A stretch of DNA of 63,865 bases, filler included, from Octopus bimaculoides (GCF_001194135.2; 9 parts of 8 records of this genome joined end to end with filler, not necessarily neighbours in it), one strand, 5' to 3'. Positions 37,612 to 52,090 are shown, numbered from the whole stretch's first letter. The notes: generated by a model from the sequence alone, not told the origin. Numbers and translations: made by a program.

Positions 37612-38049
37612 CAAACCATTGCATATATGTATTGGTAAATTTAAAATAATTTTGTTTTTTTTACTATTGCAAAATAATAATAATTACTGAATTTGTTTTT
37701 AAGCCTTAAAAAGGTTTTTATTTTACCATGTCTTATTGCAAACTGCTTTCATAAATAAAGCGTTCGCGATATACGGTAAACACCGCCAAATTGTATTCGT
37801 AAATTTAGATTACATTTTTTTTTACTGTACTGTATTAAAAAATAAAAATTATTTGTTTGTAAGCTTAAAATAGCTTTTTATTGATCATGTATTATTGAAA
37901 ATGCATTCATAAATAAAGCACAGAACTGGGAATGGTTATTATCGGTTTAGCCTAGAGACAAGTAATTCGACATAGCCTAGCCTAGAGACACATTAATTCG
38001 ACTTAAGTCGTGTCTCCTGGAAGCAATTAACGCCGTAGGGTGAGGTATG

Positions 38050-38107
<58 letters not shown>

Positions 38108-38252
38108 CTAGCAGTATAACCCGACCTTGTCCGGGTGTGACTTATTATGCCATCTACGATAAGTCTTGCTAGCTGAAAATCAACTAAAAAAGAAAGCCTT
38201 ACAACGAAAAAACCCTTATGATGTAAATATGTTCATAATTCAAAAGACGATG
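38108..38252 (-). mobile_element. Helitron 3' terminus
   Basis: Minus strand ends cccggacaaggtcggg (hairpin)-ttatactg-CTAG|T inside an (AT)n run. Confidence 0.65.
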
Positions 38253-38352
38253 NNNNNNNNNNNNNNNNNNNNNNNNNNNNNNNNNNNNNNNNNNNNTTAA
38301 TTAATTAANNNNNNNNNNNNNNNNNNNNNNNNNNNNNNNNNNNNNNNNNNNN

Positions 38353-40908
38353 ATGCTCATACCAGTTCTCTGTTACTTCGTATTGGTATTTGCAGCATAA
38401 GAGCCAATGAATATACACACACACTTTATCGTGACGACGCTTGTATTCTTTTTGTGCAAGGCTCTCACATCCACTTACCAAGTGGGTCAAATTTTCCACA
38501 CTCTCTTCACAGAGTCTGCATTTCTGGGTGTCAGAAGTTCTATAGATGTTATACTTCACTGAATTGGTAGCGAGAGCCTGGTCTTGTGCGGCAATGGTTA
38601 GGATTACAGTGGTACGCTTCAAATCACCTCGCTCAAGCCCACGATGCTGTATTATCCTTAATGTCTTGTGTATTCCTTTCAAACTGTCCATGCATTCTCC
38701 TTTCAAGGTCTTCTTTTCTCTTCTCCTTAGCTCTTTGGTTAAACTCTTCGTTGCCCATCATTTCATCTGCATTTACACTATCTTTCGCGGCATATTTCGG
38801 CAGGTCTTCATCACTACTTATCAAATACTCGGTAAGCGTTCTCTTTTCACTCCTTATGCAATGGTCTATACCAATTAGTCCTCTGCCACCATTCTTTCTC
38901 TTCATATACAGTCTGTTTACGTTTGCTGTAGGGCGTAGCGCCCCATGCAACGTCATCAACTTTCTCGTCCTTCTATCCAGTGTTCATATTTCCTCCTTAG
39001 TCCATTTGTGAATGGACACATTATATCTGACCACCGCAACTGCCCAGATATTTATTGCGGTAATCAGATATTTGGTATTCAGGTGAGATTTCAACACTAT
39101 CTTCACCCTCTTTTAATACGCATCGCGGACCTTGACTTTCAATACTCTGTGTAGAATGTCATCCAGCTCCAAAAATACCTAAATATCTACACCCACTACC
39201 GTCATGTTCACCCATGGTCTCTCCTGATGGTAACCGCAATCCTCTGCAGGCTGCTCTCTTCCCTCTTTTCATATTAAGTACTGAGCATTTGGTAATTCCA
39301 AATTCCATACCTATGTCCCTACCACACTTCTAGACTGTTTTGGTTAAGGAATCTCTGTTTTTCAGATTTCCCAAACAATTTCAGGTCACCCATAAACAGA
39401 AGATGGTTCAATGATTGGCCTTTCTTCCCACATCGGTAACCCATCTTAACTTTTCTAAGTGTCATTGTTAGGAGTATTAGTACAATTACAAAAAGTATCG
39501 CAGAAAACGAATCACCTTGGAAGATTCCCCTTTTAATATTAACTTCTCAAAGGAATACATTACTGAAGGACAATTTGGTTTTCCTCACTGAAATGACTAG
39601 TTCTGCCTGTCTTGCTGTTTCAGTTCTTGAAACCATTCAACATCCTTCTTGTGCCCCTTGTCTTTGCTCCAGATGTCACTTCAAAACCTTTGACTTTCAA
39701 TGTTATCTGGTATTATCAACTTTTCATCTGTACATCTTCCGTTCATTTCTTGATAGAATCTCTTCTGATCTACTCTGAATAACCTATTCTGGTGGTAACC
39801 CTTCATTGTTTGGTCGTATCTTACTATCTTTGCTTTAGTTGCTCCATTACCACTTTGAGACCCTTTCTTTCAATATTATAGTTCCTTTTCAATGCCCTAT
39901 ATTTTTGTTCACTTTTAAGCTCCCCTTTCTCTTTTCGGTCTAACACAGAGATTTCCTTCGAGAGCATGTCTCACCCTGCCTGGATTCTTCTTTTCCACCA
40001 TGGATTTTTTCTTTTGTCACTCCCATTATGTTTCTTTTCTTGACATCAACACCCACATTTTCTGCTACAACAATACTTGCTGCCTTGATCAAGTTATTTG
40101 TTTCTGTGATGTTGTTTGTTCTGATGTATTTCAGAATATCATCGACATTTTTCGTTTCTTGGTTCAGCTTCCACCTGTCAACCTTTTTAAGATTGCAATT
40201 AATGTCGCTATCGTCCTCCTCTAGTCTTGCCTTTATTCTTTCGTAGATTGCTTTTTGTTCATCTGTCATGTCGCCATTCGTTTTATTGTCTTTTTTCAGA
40301 TCATCTACATGTCTCTAGTCAAGTAAACTACCACTGTTCCCTTCCTGTGCTATGAGATTACTTTTATTAGTAAAAAAGTGTATTTTCATCATTATCTCTG
40401 CTGCTATTTTCCATGACCCGTCTTTTGATAGCTTCGTGCTCTACTTCTGTGAACCAACGATTTTTTCTTATTGCTTTAGCTTGATCACATAGTCTCTGTT
40501 CCGTGAGTTGAAACAATCCCTTTTCTCTCCAATGATCATACATACGTTGTCGGTAACCCTAATTTGAGCACCATTTTTATCTACCGGGTTGCTCAGGTAG
40601 TAAAACTCCATGACCACAGCATTAATTTTCTTGCTCCATCTACGCCGTGTGTGGTGGTCCCTTTCTGGATATCGACAGGCTGGAGCCGGACCTGAATCTC
40701 TGAGTCTACCGGGTGTAACACTGTCACCATCATTGGCTTCAGTTTCATTACCACCGTTATTCACAATATTTTGGTTATTCATTATCACTCATATGACGTG
40801 GCGATTATCAGGTTGCGCAATTACCAGTGTTTTTATTGTGACACCATCACTAGATATATCATTAATCAGGACATGGGGAGACTCAGGAAGACTCCACTCG
40901 TTCCTTTC
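38353..40908 (-). mobile_element. Second R4/Dong-like RLE LINE, internally deleted, 3' end in gap
   Basis: RRRWSKKINAVVMEFYY; RGIFQGDSFSAILF; LHGALRPTANVNRLYMKRKNGGRGL; AAQDQALAT; CRLCEESVENLTHLVSGC (CCHC); RRHDKV. Confidence 0.85.
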
Positions 40909-41473
40909 ATTATTACTATTATTATTATTATCATCACTGATATCACTGGTATTATTGTTTGGGCCTCAGATTCCTGTGCTATCAGAATAGTAGTAGTTGT
41001 AGTATTTGTAGCGTTAGCAGCTGCAGCATATCATCATTATCACCATCACCACCACTACCACTATTATTATCATTATTACTATTTCCATTTATTATTAAAA
41101 GATTTTGTGAAATGTTCTTTATTTTCAACTTTTGTCTTGTATTAGTACTTGAGATAATCATAAATATGTGGTTGTTGAAAGAAATGGGGGTGGGGAAGTA
41201 GCAGCTTGGTGAATAGATCCAACTCTACAGGTCTATAAATAGATTCGGCAGTTGGTGGGGAGGTCAGCCATAGAGACAAAAGAATCTTCACACCCTTTGC
41301 GTCAGTAGAGGTCAAATGTGTTTACTACTACCAGCGACCACTGGGAGCGCTGATCTTGCCCTTGAGAAGAAACAATTCAACCTGTTCTATTTGTAATTAC
41401 AGGTAGAGAAAGCAATAATACATACATACATACATACATACATACATACATACATACATACATACATACATAC

Positions 41474-41648
41474 ATTATGCTGAAAGAAATGCGATCAACA
41501 ACACCAACAAATATATTCGCCTACCTACTTAAATATAAATTAAACTCATGGCTTAATTGATCAATAGCATAAAGTAATAACGGCTCTTTACATAGTTTCA
41601 AATTTGACATTGAGTGAGAATCTAAGATCGCTTTTCTTTCAGCATAAT
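41474..41648. repeat. ~150-bp block duplicated at 44574-44730; this copy is bounded by 23-bp inverted repeats
   Basis: attatgctgaaagaaatgcgatc (41474-41496) vs gatcgcttttctttcagcataat (41626-41648). Confidence 0.85.
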
Positions 41649-42075
41649 TCCTATGAAAATGACCATTAAACAAAGGAAAATCACTGTGTGGTTGACCGTT
41701 ATTAAGACAAAAGAGCTATAGACCGCTAAGTGAGAAGAGGGAGTAAAGGTAAGGGAGTAAAAAAGTCCATAGTATCCACGTAAGCGCACCTATCCATACA
41801 TACACCTGATATTCACATCGATGAATTTTTCTTTTGAATTTCTGAATTCAATTGTGTTGTTGCAATAAAAGTTATGTTTACATATTTGGGAAGTTAGGGA
41901 TAAGTTTCATACAAAATTTAATATATTAAAGTTTTAAAGTTTTCTTGAGATGTTGGTTTGTCCATCCTGTTAGAGAATACAGTAGTGTTTTTTGCAATAA
42001 AAGGGATGTTTACATTTTCGAAAACTCAAGGAGAAAGAAAAGGTTAGGTATTCATAGAAGTTGTAGATATTAGAG

Positions 42076-42126
<51 letters not shown>

Positions 42127-42129
42127 TAA

Positions 42130-42167
<38 letters not shown>

Positions 42168-42635
42168 CTACTACTACTACTAAATATAGATACAAACTGC
42201 TTACACACTCAAGCTTACTGAAACAAACATGCAAACAATCAAGCGTTTTATATTTAGAGATAAGCCTAAGAAAAGAATTTCCTTACAATCCCCCGATTTA
42301 CTAGAAATAAGCACCAGCTATCACTGTATCTTTTTAAGGTAACGATATAAAAACGGGATGGTTACAGATGTAATATCTTTGAACATAGGTCCGCTCTAAC
42401 AGGGTTGATCTTGTGTAAAATAACATATTTCTTTCTTGGAATCAGCAGCTTTCAACTCTTTTTTAGTCAAAAGCGATTTTCAGCCCAATATTTACATACT
42501 ATTATCTATAGCTTTATATGTGCTTCTAAATCCAGTGCCCCCCCCAAAATAACTCTTTCACGTTTTCTCGAAGCTTTATAAATCTTTATGATGTCGAAAA
42601 CAACATATATTTAGAGTTAGGAGATCGTGTGGGAG

Positions 42636-42643
42636 TGACGTCA
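42636..42643. promoter_or_regulatory. Perfect CRE palindrome TGACGTCA (motif only)
   Basis: Sequence match; function untested. Confidence 0.2.
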
Positions 42644-42696
42644 TCTCCACTGAAAGCGTACTGCTGTATATCATATACACCTAAACACACATAAAC

Positions 42697-42787
<91 letters not shown>

Positions 42788-43290
42788 CTCTCTCTCTCTC
42801 TTTCTTTCTCTCTCTCTCTCTCTCATTACTATACAGGTACAAGACAACGTTGCTGCTACACAGCTGAACATCCTTTAGTGAATCTACAGTCAATGCTATC
42901 CAACAGATTCGCAAACACCCACCAACTAATAAAATACAACCACGGGCGCACATAAGTATATTTTAATCCTCCATACGGTTAATACTGTCGTCTCAAGGGC
43001 TTCTGGTTTTCTGAACCAGGCAGCAGCACATCTGATCCCTTTAGGTCTATTAGATACACCCTGCAGCACGCGTTAACACTACTCTTTTTCCACCCAGATT
43101 CTACACTAAACACTTGCTGAATCCTGCATTCCTATAACTGCTACCTTTTTGGAATTATCTAATCTCTAAAGATTTTGCGACTAGAACACACTGACTTCAT
43201 ATTCAAACTGAATATTGATAGTATTGTCTGCACTAGCTCGGGAAGGCTCGAAAAGATCTCTTACAATCGGGATTCACCACTGGCTTAATA

Positions 43291-43442
43291 ATGGTTTCAA
43301 ATTTTGGCACGATGCCAGCAATTTCGAGGAGACGGTAAGTCGATTATATCGACCCCAGTGTTCGACTGGTATTCATTTCATCGACCACGAAATTATTAAA
43401 GGCAAAGTCGATCTCGGTGGAATTGGAACTCAGAACATGAAC
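43291..43442 (-). mobile_element. Diverged SINE-A
   Basis: aagtcgattatatcgaccccagtg...aaaggcaaagtcgatctcggtggaattggaactcagaac. Confidence 0.75.
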
Positions 43443-43844
43443 CACTGAACCGCTGACTAAGTAATGCAATGAACTCACAGTAAGAGCGGTTGCGGAAAGC
43501 TCAGTGTATTGGCCACAGCTGAACGCCGCTGATACGATACAGACTATGTATTCAACAGCGACAGTTCATCATAATATCGATGGAGACAGCAACGATTCAC
43601 TCTTTCAAGCTCTGGCAACATTACTATTAAAATAACATTAGCAGACTAACTGGAAATATATTGTCAATAGAGAAACGTTTTCATGTCTAGATGTTGGAAG
43701 ATTAAGACGTTGATTGATTAATCGAACTAGTCATTTGATTAATTTATGGCTAAACAACAAAAGCCAAATTTCGGTAGGAGATGGAGGGTAGCAAAAACAG
43801 AAAATATTAAATATAAGATGTAAGAAATATTTCATAACGCGCAT

Positions 43845-43886
<42 letters not shown>

Positions 43887-43924
43887 CATACATGCATACA
43901 TACAAACATACATGTATGTACACA

Positions 43925-43982
<58 letters not shown>

Positions 43983-44573
43983 TTGTTCACGTTATAAAAT
44001 ATGTTGATATATGCTCAAAGATCGGCACACATACGTGGATGTGCTGTGTTTAAGTGTGTATTGCCAGTGTATTTCATTATGTTCAACAGAAAAATCCAGT
44101 CTTTTTTCAAAGATAGAGGATGTAAATAAGATAAGACAAATCTTCAGATATGAAATTCAATGGGAAGATATAGAAAGAAGATCACAGCAAAACTAAGTAT
44201 TTCTTCTCTCGTCTCTCTTTGTCTCTTTCGTTTTTGTTCTTCAAGAAAAAACCACTGAAACTATAAGATAACTCATAAACTTTAACATAAAGAAATTCCG
44301 AAGCAATTAAAATAAATAGAAGCTGTCCAATGAGATGATTTATTGGATTATTTCTGACAGGTATTGTTCATAAAATGTAACTAATTGGTATTTCACTTTA
44401 ACTCTACAATATATATAAACTCACAGGAATTTCTTTGTTGTACCCATGTTTACGTGTCTATGTCTATTTGAATTATTTGTCTAGTATGTAAAAAAAGCAA
44501 AAAAAAAAGCGACAACAGCAGACGTAGAAGCAACAGTAACCGCGACAATAACAAATAACAATAGCAGCAACAA

Positions 44574-44730
44574 CAACAACACCAACAAATATATTCGCCT
44601 ACCTACTTAAATATAAAGAAGTATTACTCATGGCTTAATTGATCAATAGCATAAAGTAATAACGGCTCTTTACATAGTTTCAAATTTGACATTGAGTGAG
44701 AATCTAAGATCGCATTTCTTTCAGCATAAT
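44574..44730. repeat. Second copy of the 41496-41648 block
   Basis: Near-identical, with one small indel region and one substitution. Confidence 0.85.
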
Positions 44731-45056
44731 GACATTTAGTTAGGAAACAGACAAATAATAACACCTACCAAAAAATAACGAAAACCAAACACAAATGAAC
44801 AAAACTATACAAAAAGTTCACGCTTCAAAATACACAGATATTTTTTCCAAGTCTGTTCGGCTATATAAATATTATAAAGAAAACCAATGACTAAGTTTGG
44901 AAATATTTCGGTTGAGCAGGTGTTAATAATTTTGTATTTTCTCATATTTTTTATTAGACACGTAAACCCAAACAATACATGCCATCACTAACATAATTTA
45001 ATGCTTTTAATTTGTGTTGCTCCTTCGTCAGATATAGAAATCACGAATTGGACATA

Positions 45057-45235
45057 ATGCTTGGCATCATTTCTTTCGGCTTTACGCTCTGAGTTCAAAT
45101 TCCAATGAGGTCGACTTTACCATTCGTCTTTTGCGAGTCGAGCAATTTAAGTCAATGTAATAGACCAGTCCATTCCCCCAGAATTTCAGATTTGTGCCTT
45201 TAGCAGAAAAAAAATGAATTATTATCATTATTATT
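45057..45235 (+). mobile_element. Diverged SINE-A
   Basis: ctctgagttcaaattccaatgaggtcgacttt...aatttcagatttgtgcctttagcagaaa. Confidence 0.7.
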
Positions 45236-47002
45236 AACATACCCATGTCATCAAAACTGCCGACAGTTTTATTCATGATAGAAAATGGCGCACCAACTTG
45301 GGAGAAACCATTGCTAAATGTCAGGAATCTAGTAAATTAATGCAGAAACACTTGAAGAATCAGGTACGGTCGCACCGTCTTGACTGAAAATATCGCCCAC
45401 ATATGGTGCGTGTGTGTATGTGTGTGTGTATGTGTGTGTGTGTGTGTGTGTGCATGCGTGCGTGCGTGCGAGTGATGAGTGTGTGTATATATNNNNNNNN
45501 NNNNNNNNNNNNNNNNNNNNNNNNNNNNNNNNNNNNNNNNNNNNNNNNNNNNNNNNNNNNNNNNNNNNNNNNNNNNNNNNNNNNNNNNNNNNNNNNNNNN
45601 NNNNNNNNNNNNNNNNNNNNNNNNNNNNNNNNNNNNNNNNNNNNNNNNNNNNNNNNNNNNNNNNNNNNNNNNNNNNNNNNNNNNNNNNNNNNNNNNNNNN
45701 NNNNNNNNNNNNNNNNNNNNNNNNNNNNNNNNNNNNNNNNNNNNNNNNNNNNNNNNNNNNNNNNNNNNNNNNNNNNNNNNNNNNNNNNNNNNNNNNNNNN
45801 NNNNNNNNNNNNNNNNNNNNNNNNNNNNNNNNNNNNNNNNNNNNNNNNNNNNNNNNNNNNNNNNNNNNNNNNNNNNNNNNNNNNNNNNNNNNNNNNNNNN
45901 NNNNNNNNNNNNNNNNNNNNNNNNNNNNNNNNNNNNNNNNNNNNNNNNNNNNNNNNNNNNNNNNNNNNNNNNNNNNNNNNNNNNNNNNNNNNNNNNNNNN
46001 NNNNNNNNNNNNNNNNNNNNNNNNNNNNNNNNNNNNNNNNNNNNNNNNNNNNNNNNNNNNNNNNAGTCTGCGAGTGTGTGTGTGATAACAGAACGTGTGT
46101 GTGCGTATGTAGGTGTGTGTGTGTGTGTGTGTGCATGGTTTGGTGGTTTATCTGTTAGTGTGTTTGTGTGTGTGTGTGTGTGTGTATGACGTAGTGGAAG
46201 AAGTTAGTAGCCGGAATGGTTAGTGGACGCTTATAGACAGTGTAGGTAGAAAGTCAACAGGCGGTTTTTTGAGTATGTGTGTGTTCGTGTTTGTGTGGGG
46301 TTGTAGGTGTTGGGTACGTGTACGTGTGTGTGTGTATTTTGTATGCGCGCGTGTGTGTATGTGTATGTTTTTGTGCGTGCGTGTGTGTTTGTGTGTATGT
46401 GTNNNNNNNNNNNNNNNNNNNNNNNNNNNNNNNNNNNNNNNNNNNNTTAATTAATTAANNNNNNNNNNNNNNNNNNNNNNNNNNNNNNNNNNNNNNNNNN
46501 NNTCATACGCTGGCCGTGTGTAATATGGCCTTTATCTGAGATTTCTTGTTCTCTTGTTATTCTGGCCTTTTCCCAATGTTCAACCGCTTCACACACATCG
46601 GACAGGAAAAAAAAAACAGAAAGCGAAAAAGAAACAGGGTAACGTAAAAGTAATTACTTTTCTGTAATGGTGCGTGGAGAGCAGTGAACCTATCTACCAA
46701 TCAGCAACAGGCTGAGCATAACAGGTTGAGCATCTTTTGACACCACAGGATAGGGAAGCGTTTAGCCGAGAGCCAAGAGGGAAAATAGCGGGGAACAGAG
46801 AAAAGGTAAAACAGAGGAAATATTAGGGGAGCAATGATCGAATGAATTGCGATAGTTTCCCTCCTCGTCCTTATCCTCATCCTTTTTTCCTCTCTCGATT
46901 CTCACTTGCTTTGTCAACTGAAGTCGGCAGTCACTATCCTTACATACATGTGTGTGTGTGTGTGTGTGTACATATACACATATATATAAATGCATACACA
47001 CA

Positions 47003-47251
<249 letters not shown>

Positions 47252-48230
47252 TTTTTTTTTATTTATGTGTTTCAGCCAAGTGGCTGCGGTCATGCTGGTG
47301 CACCACCGTGAGGAAATATATATATATATGATATATATATGATATTACTATTTAATTGAACGCCACGCATCCATTTGCAAGTAAGTTTATCTTCACCTTT
47401 TTGATGCGGCTCTGCTCTATACTGTTTAATTCTCCGTCCTTCTCTAATTCCATTTTTATCCCCTTCGCCGTTTTCTATTTCTCTCTCTTGACATACTCAG
47501 ACTGTTGAAAAAATCGATAATAGGGCCCTTCCAATGGATCCTTCTATCTACTACATATTACTAATATTTTATTTAAACTGCCCAAGGGAAATAACCCATA
47601 ACACCTGCAGATTTTAGCGAAGTGATCATTATTTAATTCTAACGATCAGCCGACCTAATTCTACATTTCACTACTCTCAGTTTTGAACTACTAAACATTA
47701 TTATAGCACTTCCTTAATTTGAATCTTAAACCTTAAAGACTTCATTCATGCGTTTCTATACATACATACCTTTTTGAATGCCCATTACTTCGAATCATTC
47801 TGAATTTTTGCAGTTACACTTTTTCCATGACAGTAGATAAACTGTTTATTCCGCAACGTATTTGTCGTGGCTTCATGCAGGCATAGCGTGGATTCGATCC
47901 TCGACTGCCCAAATTTCACTTAACACTTCAATAGTACTTTTTTCACGGTAAAACAATAGTTTTTTCTGTGAATGACAGCAGTTATACATTTCCCAGACGC
48001 CTCCGCTAAGCAGAATAATGTCTTTGCCTCTCGCCAACCTCCGACAACCTCTCTCACAAACCTCCAACAATCTCTCCCTCTTCTGGCTGACAGTTTGTTG
48101 TACTTTTTCGTGACGACGGCAAATACACCTTTTGTGGCAGTTATAACGAAATTGCCTTCTTATGTCAGAGTAATAAGGCGTTTCAATAGAACATTTTTAC
48201 CCCAAGAGAATTACCGGCTACACCAGCTAG

Positions 48231-48273
<43 letters not shown>

Positions 48274-48304
48274 ATACATTCATATACATGTGTATGTGAG
48301 AAAT

Positions 48305-48519
<215 letters not shown>

Positions 48520-49544
48520 GGCAAGACAATCATTAATAGAACACTTGTGTTGAGAATTCAGTTTATGAATTTAAAAATAAAATATATTCGGTGAAAATTT
48601 TTAGTAAATGAACAAATTTAAAGTTGATTTATATAATCACGGTGGTGAAACCTAAACAGGTAATTGCCGAAAATCATTCCATTAAAATTTTCCTAAATTC
48701 TGATTAAAAATAAAAAAAAGATGTTGTAGATTAGATGAAATATGGACGAAGGGAGACAAACAAAGACTTAAATTAGTAAGAGTCTATCAGTGATGTTTCA
48801 AAGGAAGTAGTTGAATAAATATAAGTTATAGAAAGAAAATAATGGACGATGTACTACATTAGACAATTACTTCTGATAACACCGAGTCGCAGCAACAATT
48901 TGTGACAAGTGTTTTGACGGCTGAGATAAGTGTACTTTTCTTCTCTGCTTGACCTACATATCAAATCTAGTGACGCCATGTTCATCTGTTTTTCGTTTAC
49001 AATAAGCATTAGCTAAAACTTAGTATTATATTCATTAACGTAACGATAATTAAACAGTTTAATATAAACTACTTATGTTATTTTACTTTGATCGAGTGAG
49101 TCTCACTATTTTGACTTCTGCCAGTGGATGTGTAAGGTCTTTGTTTAAAGACCCTGTGCATCCACAGGCGAAACTCAGAGTCGCACGAGACTCGTTCAAA
49201 CAATATACAACATTATTAATCTCTACTATGCTATTGAGTTCTCCGTTCTCCGCACCAAACGCGTGTAAATGCTACATTAATTCTGATACAAAATTAACAC
49301 AATGAATAATTTTGAAGAGAAAGTTTTAATAATACTGACAATATAGATTCGATCAGGGCAGTAGACATATTGGTGGGAAGCTGTTTAGGCCTATTCACAT
49401 GAGAGCCCAATGTCCTGATGTCGAGATACACACAGTGTTGTGTTCATAGAGGTGTTTTACTATGCTGTGCAATGGTGTGAGGCTTTTTAATTCTTTAATT
49501 ACGACGTTTGGTGTTGCCCGAAATACCAAACGCCTTTACAGCGC

Positions 49545-51030
49545 ACAAAATACGTATTAGCCATTGAAAAGGCACATAATTCATCCGAAGATGGTAAACT
49601 TGCCTTCTATCTATCATTTACAGAGATTATACGCAGTATTCCCCCTGATAACAAAATTTTCGTTTTAGGTGATTTTAATGCTCGCGTTGGTGCAGATTGG
49701 GAAACTTGGGGCGTTTTAGGAAGGAATGGGGTTGGTAGTTCCAATAGTAACGGTTTACTGCTCTTACAAATGCGTATAGAGATGGGTTTATGTGTCATGA
49801 ACACAATGTTTCAACTAAAAAATAACTATAAAACAATATGGATGCACCCTGGATCTAAGAAATGGCACCTTATAGATTATATCCTCACTTGGAAACGTGA
49901 TACCAGGGACTTTGCTATTGTGCAAGTTGTGCGTGGTGCAGAGTGCTGGACGGACCATAGGCTTTTGCGTGCTAAGGTGAATTTTGTTGTCATGACATGT
50001 TACCTAAACGAATCGATGTCAATAAACTTAAGACACCGTCAGTACACTGATTTTGTGAGTGAGATAAATAATTTGTCCTGTGATGAAAGTTGGAATTCTT
50101 TCAAAGAGACAATCTATGAGGTTCGTAGTAGCATTCTTGATTTTGTTGTAAAACGGCACCAGGATTGGTTTGACGATAATGATGAAGAAATTGGTCATAC
50201 CATAGAGGAGAAGCGAAAGGCATTCGACGTGTTGCAAAATACTGACTTTTCGAAGAACAGCACATTTCAAGACAGTAAAAGCAACAGTGTAGAGGAAGCT
50301 GAGGATGATGCAGGAAAATTGGTGGTGTGATAGATGAGATGAAATCCAAGAAGTTTCAAGTGCTAACAATTCCAAATTCTTTTACTCCCTCTTGAAAAAG
50401 TTTATGGTCCAGCTTCCTCAACGGTTGCTTCACTTCGAAGCAAGGATGGCTCAGAATTATTAGCGGATCCTAAATATATTGTTGAGAGATAGAAAGAGCA
50501 TTTTGATGAGTTGCTCAATAGACCCACTAAAGATGATCTCTCTGTTCCTAATAATATACTTGAAAGACCAACAAAACATCTTTTACCAGAAGTTCCAAAC
50601 ATGGCTGAAATAAAAGCAGCGATCGGGAAATTGAACAATGGAAAGGCCCCTGGTATGGATGGATTAGGTGCAGAGATATATGAATATGGTAGTGATCATC
50701 TTTGTACAATGTTGACGGATGTGATTCAGAGGGTTTTGGCATAATGTCGTGGTTCCCCGGGATTGGCATGATGCGTGAAGGAGATACTCTATAAATCGAA
50801 AAGTGGAAAGGATGTCTGTGATAATTTCCGTGGCATTTTTTGTCTGTTAGTTGTCGCTGTTAAAGGTCCTTTGTAGGGTAAAGCTAGATGGATTGCTTCT
50901 ACACATTGCTGATGAGGTTCTACCAGAATCGCAATATGAGTTTAGAGGTAGCAGGAGAACTATGGACATGATATTTTCAGCTAGACAGTTATAAGAGAAG
51001 TGCATCAAACAGTATATGGACTTATATGCA
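49545..51030 (+). pseudogene. RTE/BovB-like LINE (EN to early RT), degraded
   Basis: VLGDFNARVG; GVGSSNSNGLLLL; TIWMHPGSKKWHLIDYIL; AECWTDHRLL; HQDWFDDND; NGKAPGMDG; LPESQY.FR..R.T.DMIF.ARQL.EKC. Confidence 0.9.
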
Positions 51031-51044
51031 ACGGTACAAGATTA

Positions 51045-51730
<686 letters not shown>

Positions 51731-52090
51731 GGTACAAGATTAATTGTGCACAAACTTATGAGCAACTGGATTGAGGCAATTACTCTCACTGGTTGTAGTA
51801 AAGGTGAGACCGTCTTCATTCCTCGCATACCAGTTATACCATCTAATGTCCCATTCCGATTTAAACAGTTGCAGTTTCCTATCCGTGTTTCTTTTGCCAT
51901 GAGCATTAAAAAAAAGTCAGGGCCAAACACTAAAAGTTGCTGGATTGCAATTTGAAGAACCATGTTTTCACATGACCAACTTCATGTAGGAGCATCACAT
52001 GTGGGAGCAAAAGAAAATTTTTCTGCTTATGCCCCGCCCCCGGAATAAAACAAAAATCATTGTTTATAAATGTTCGCTCTTAATGCAACA
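51731..52090 (+). pseudogene. Helitron PIF1-like helicase C-terminal fragment
   Basis: GTRLIV..L....IEA..LTG..KGETVFIPRIP..PS.VPF.FK.LQFPIRVSFAMSI.KSQGQTL..AGL..EEPCFSH.QL.VG.S.VG. Confidence 0.9.

Noticed and set aside
43570-43617. OTU-protease-like peptide NIDGDSNDSLFQALA
   Set aside because: The catalytic Cys is absent, the spacing is off and the frame is short
47880-47910. tRNA gene (B-box-like ggattcgatcc); SINE heads as tRNA genes
   Set aside because: No cloverleaf can be formed; SINE heads are tRNA-derived but are not tRNAs
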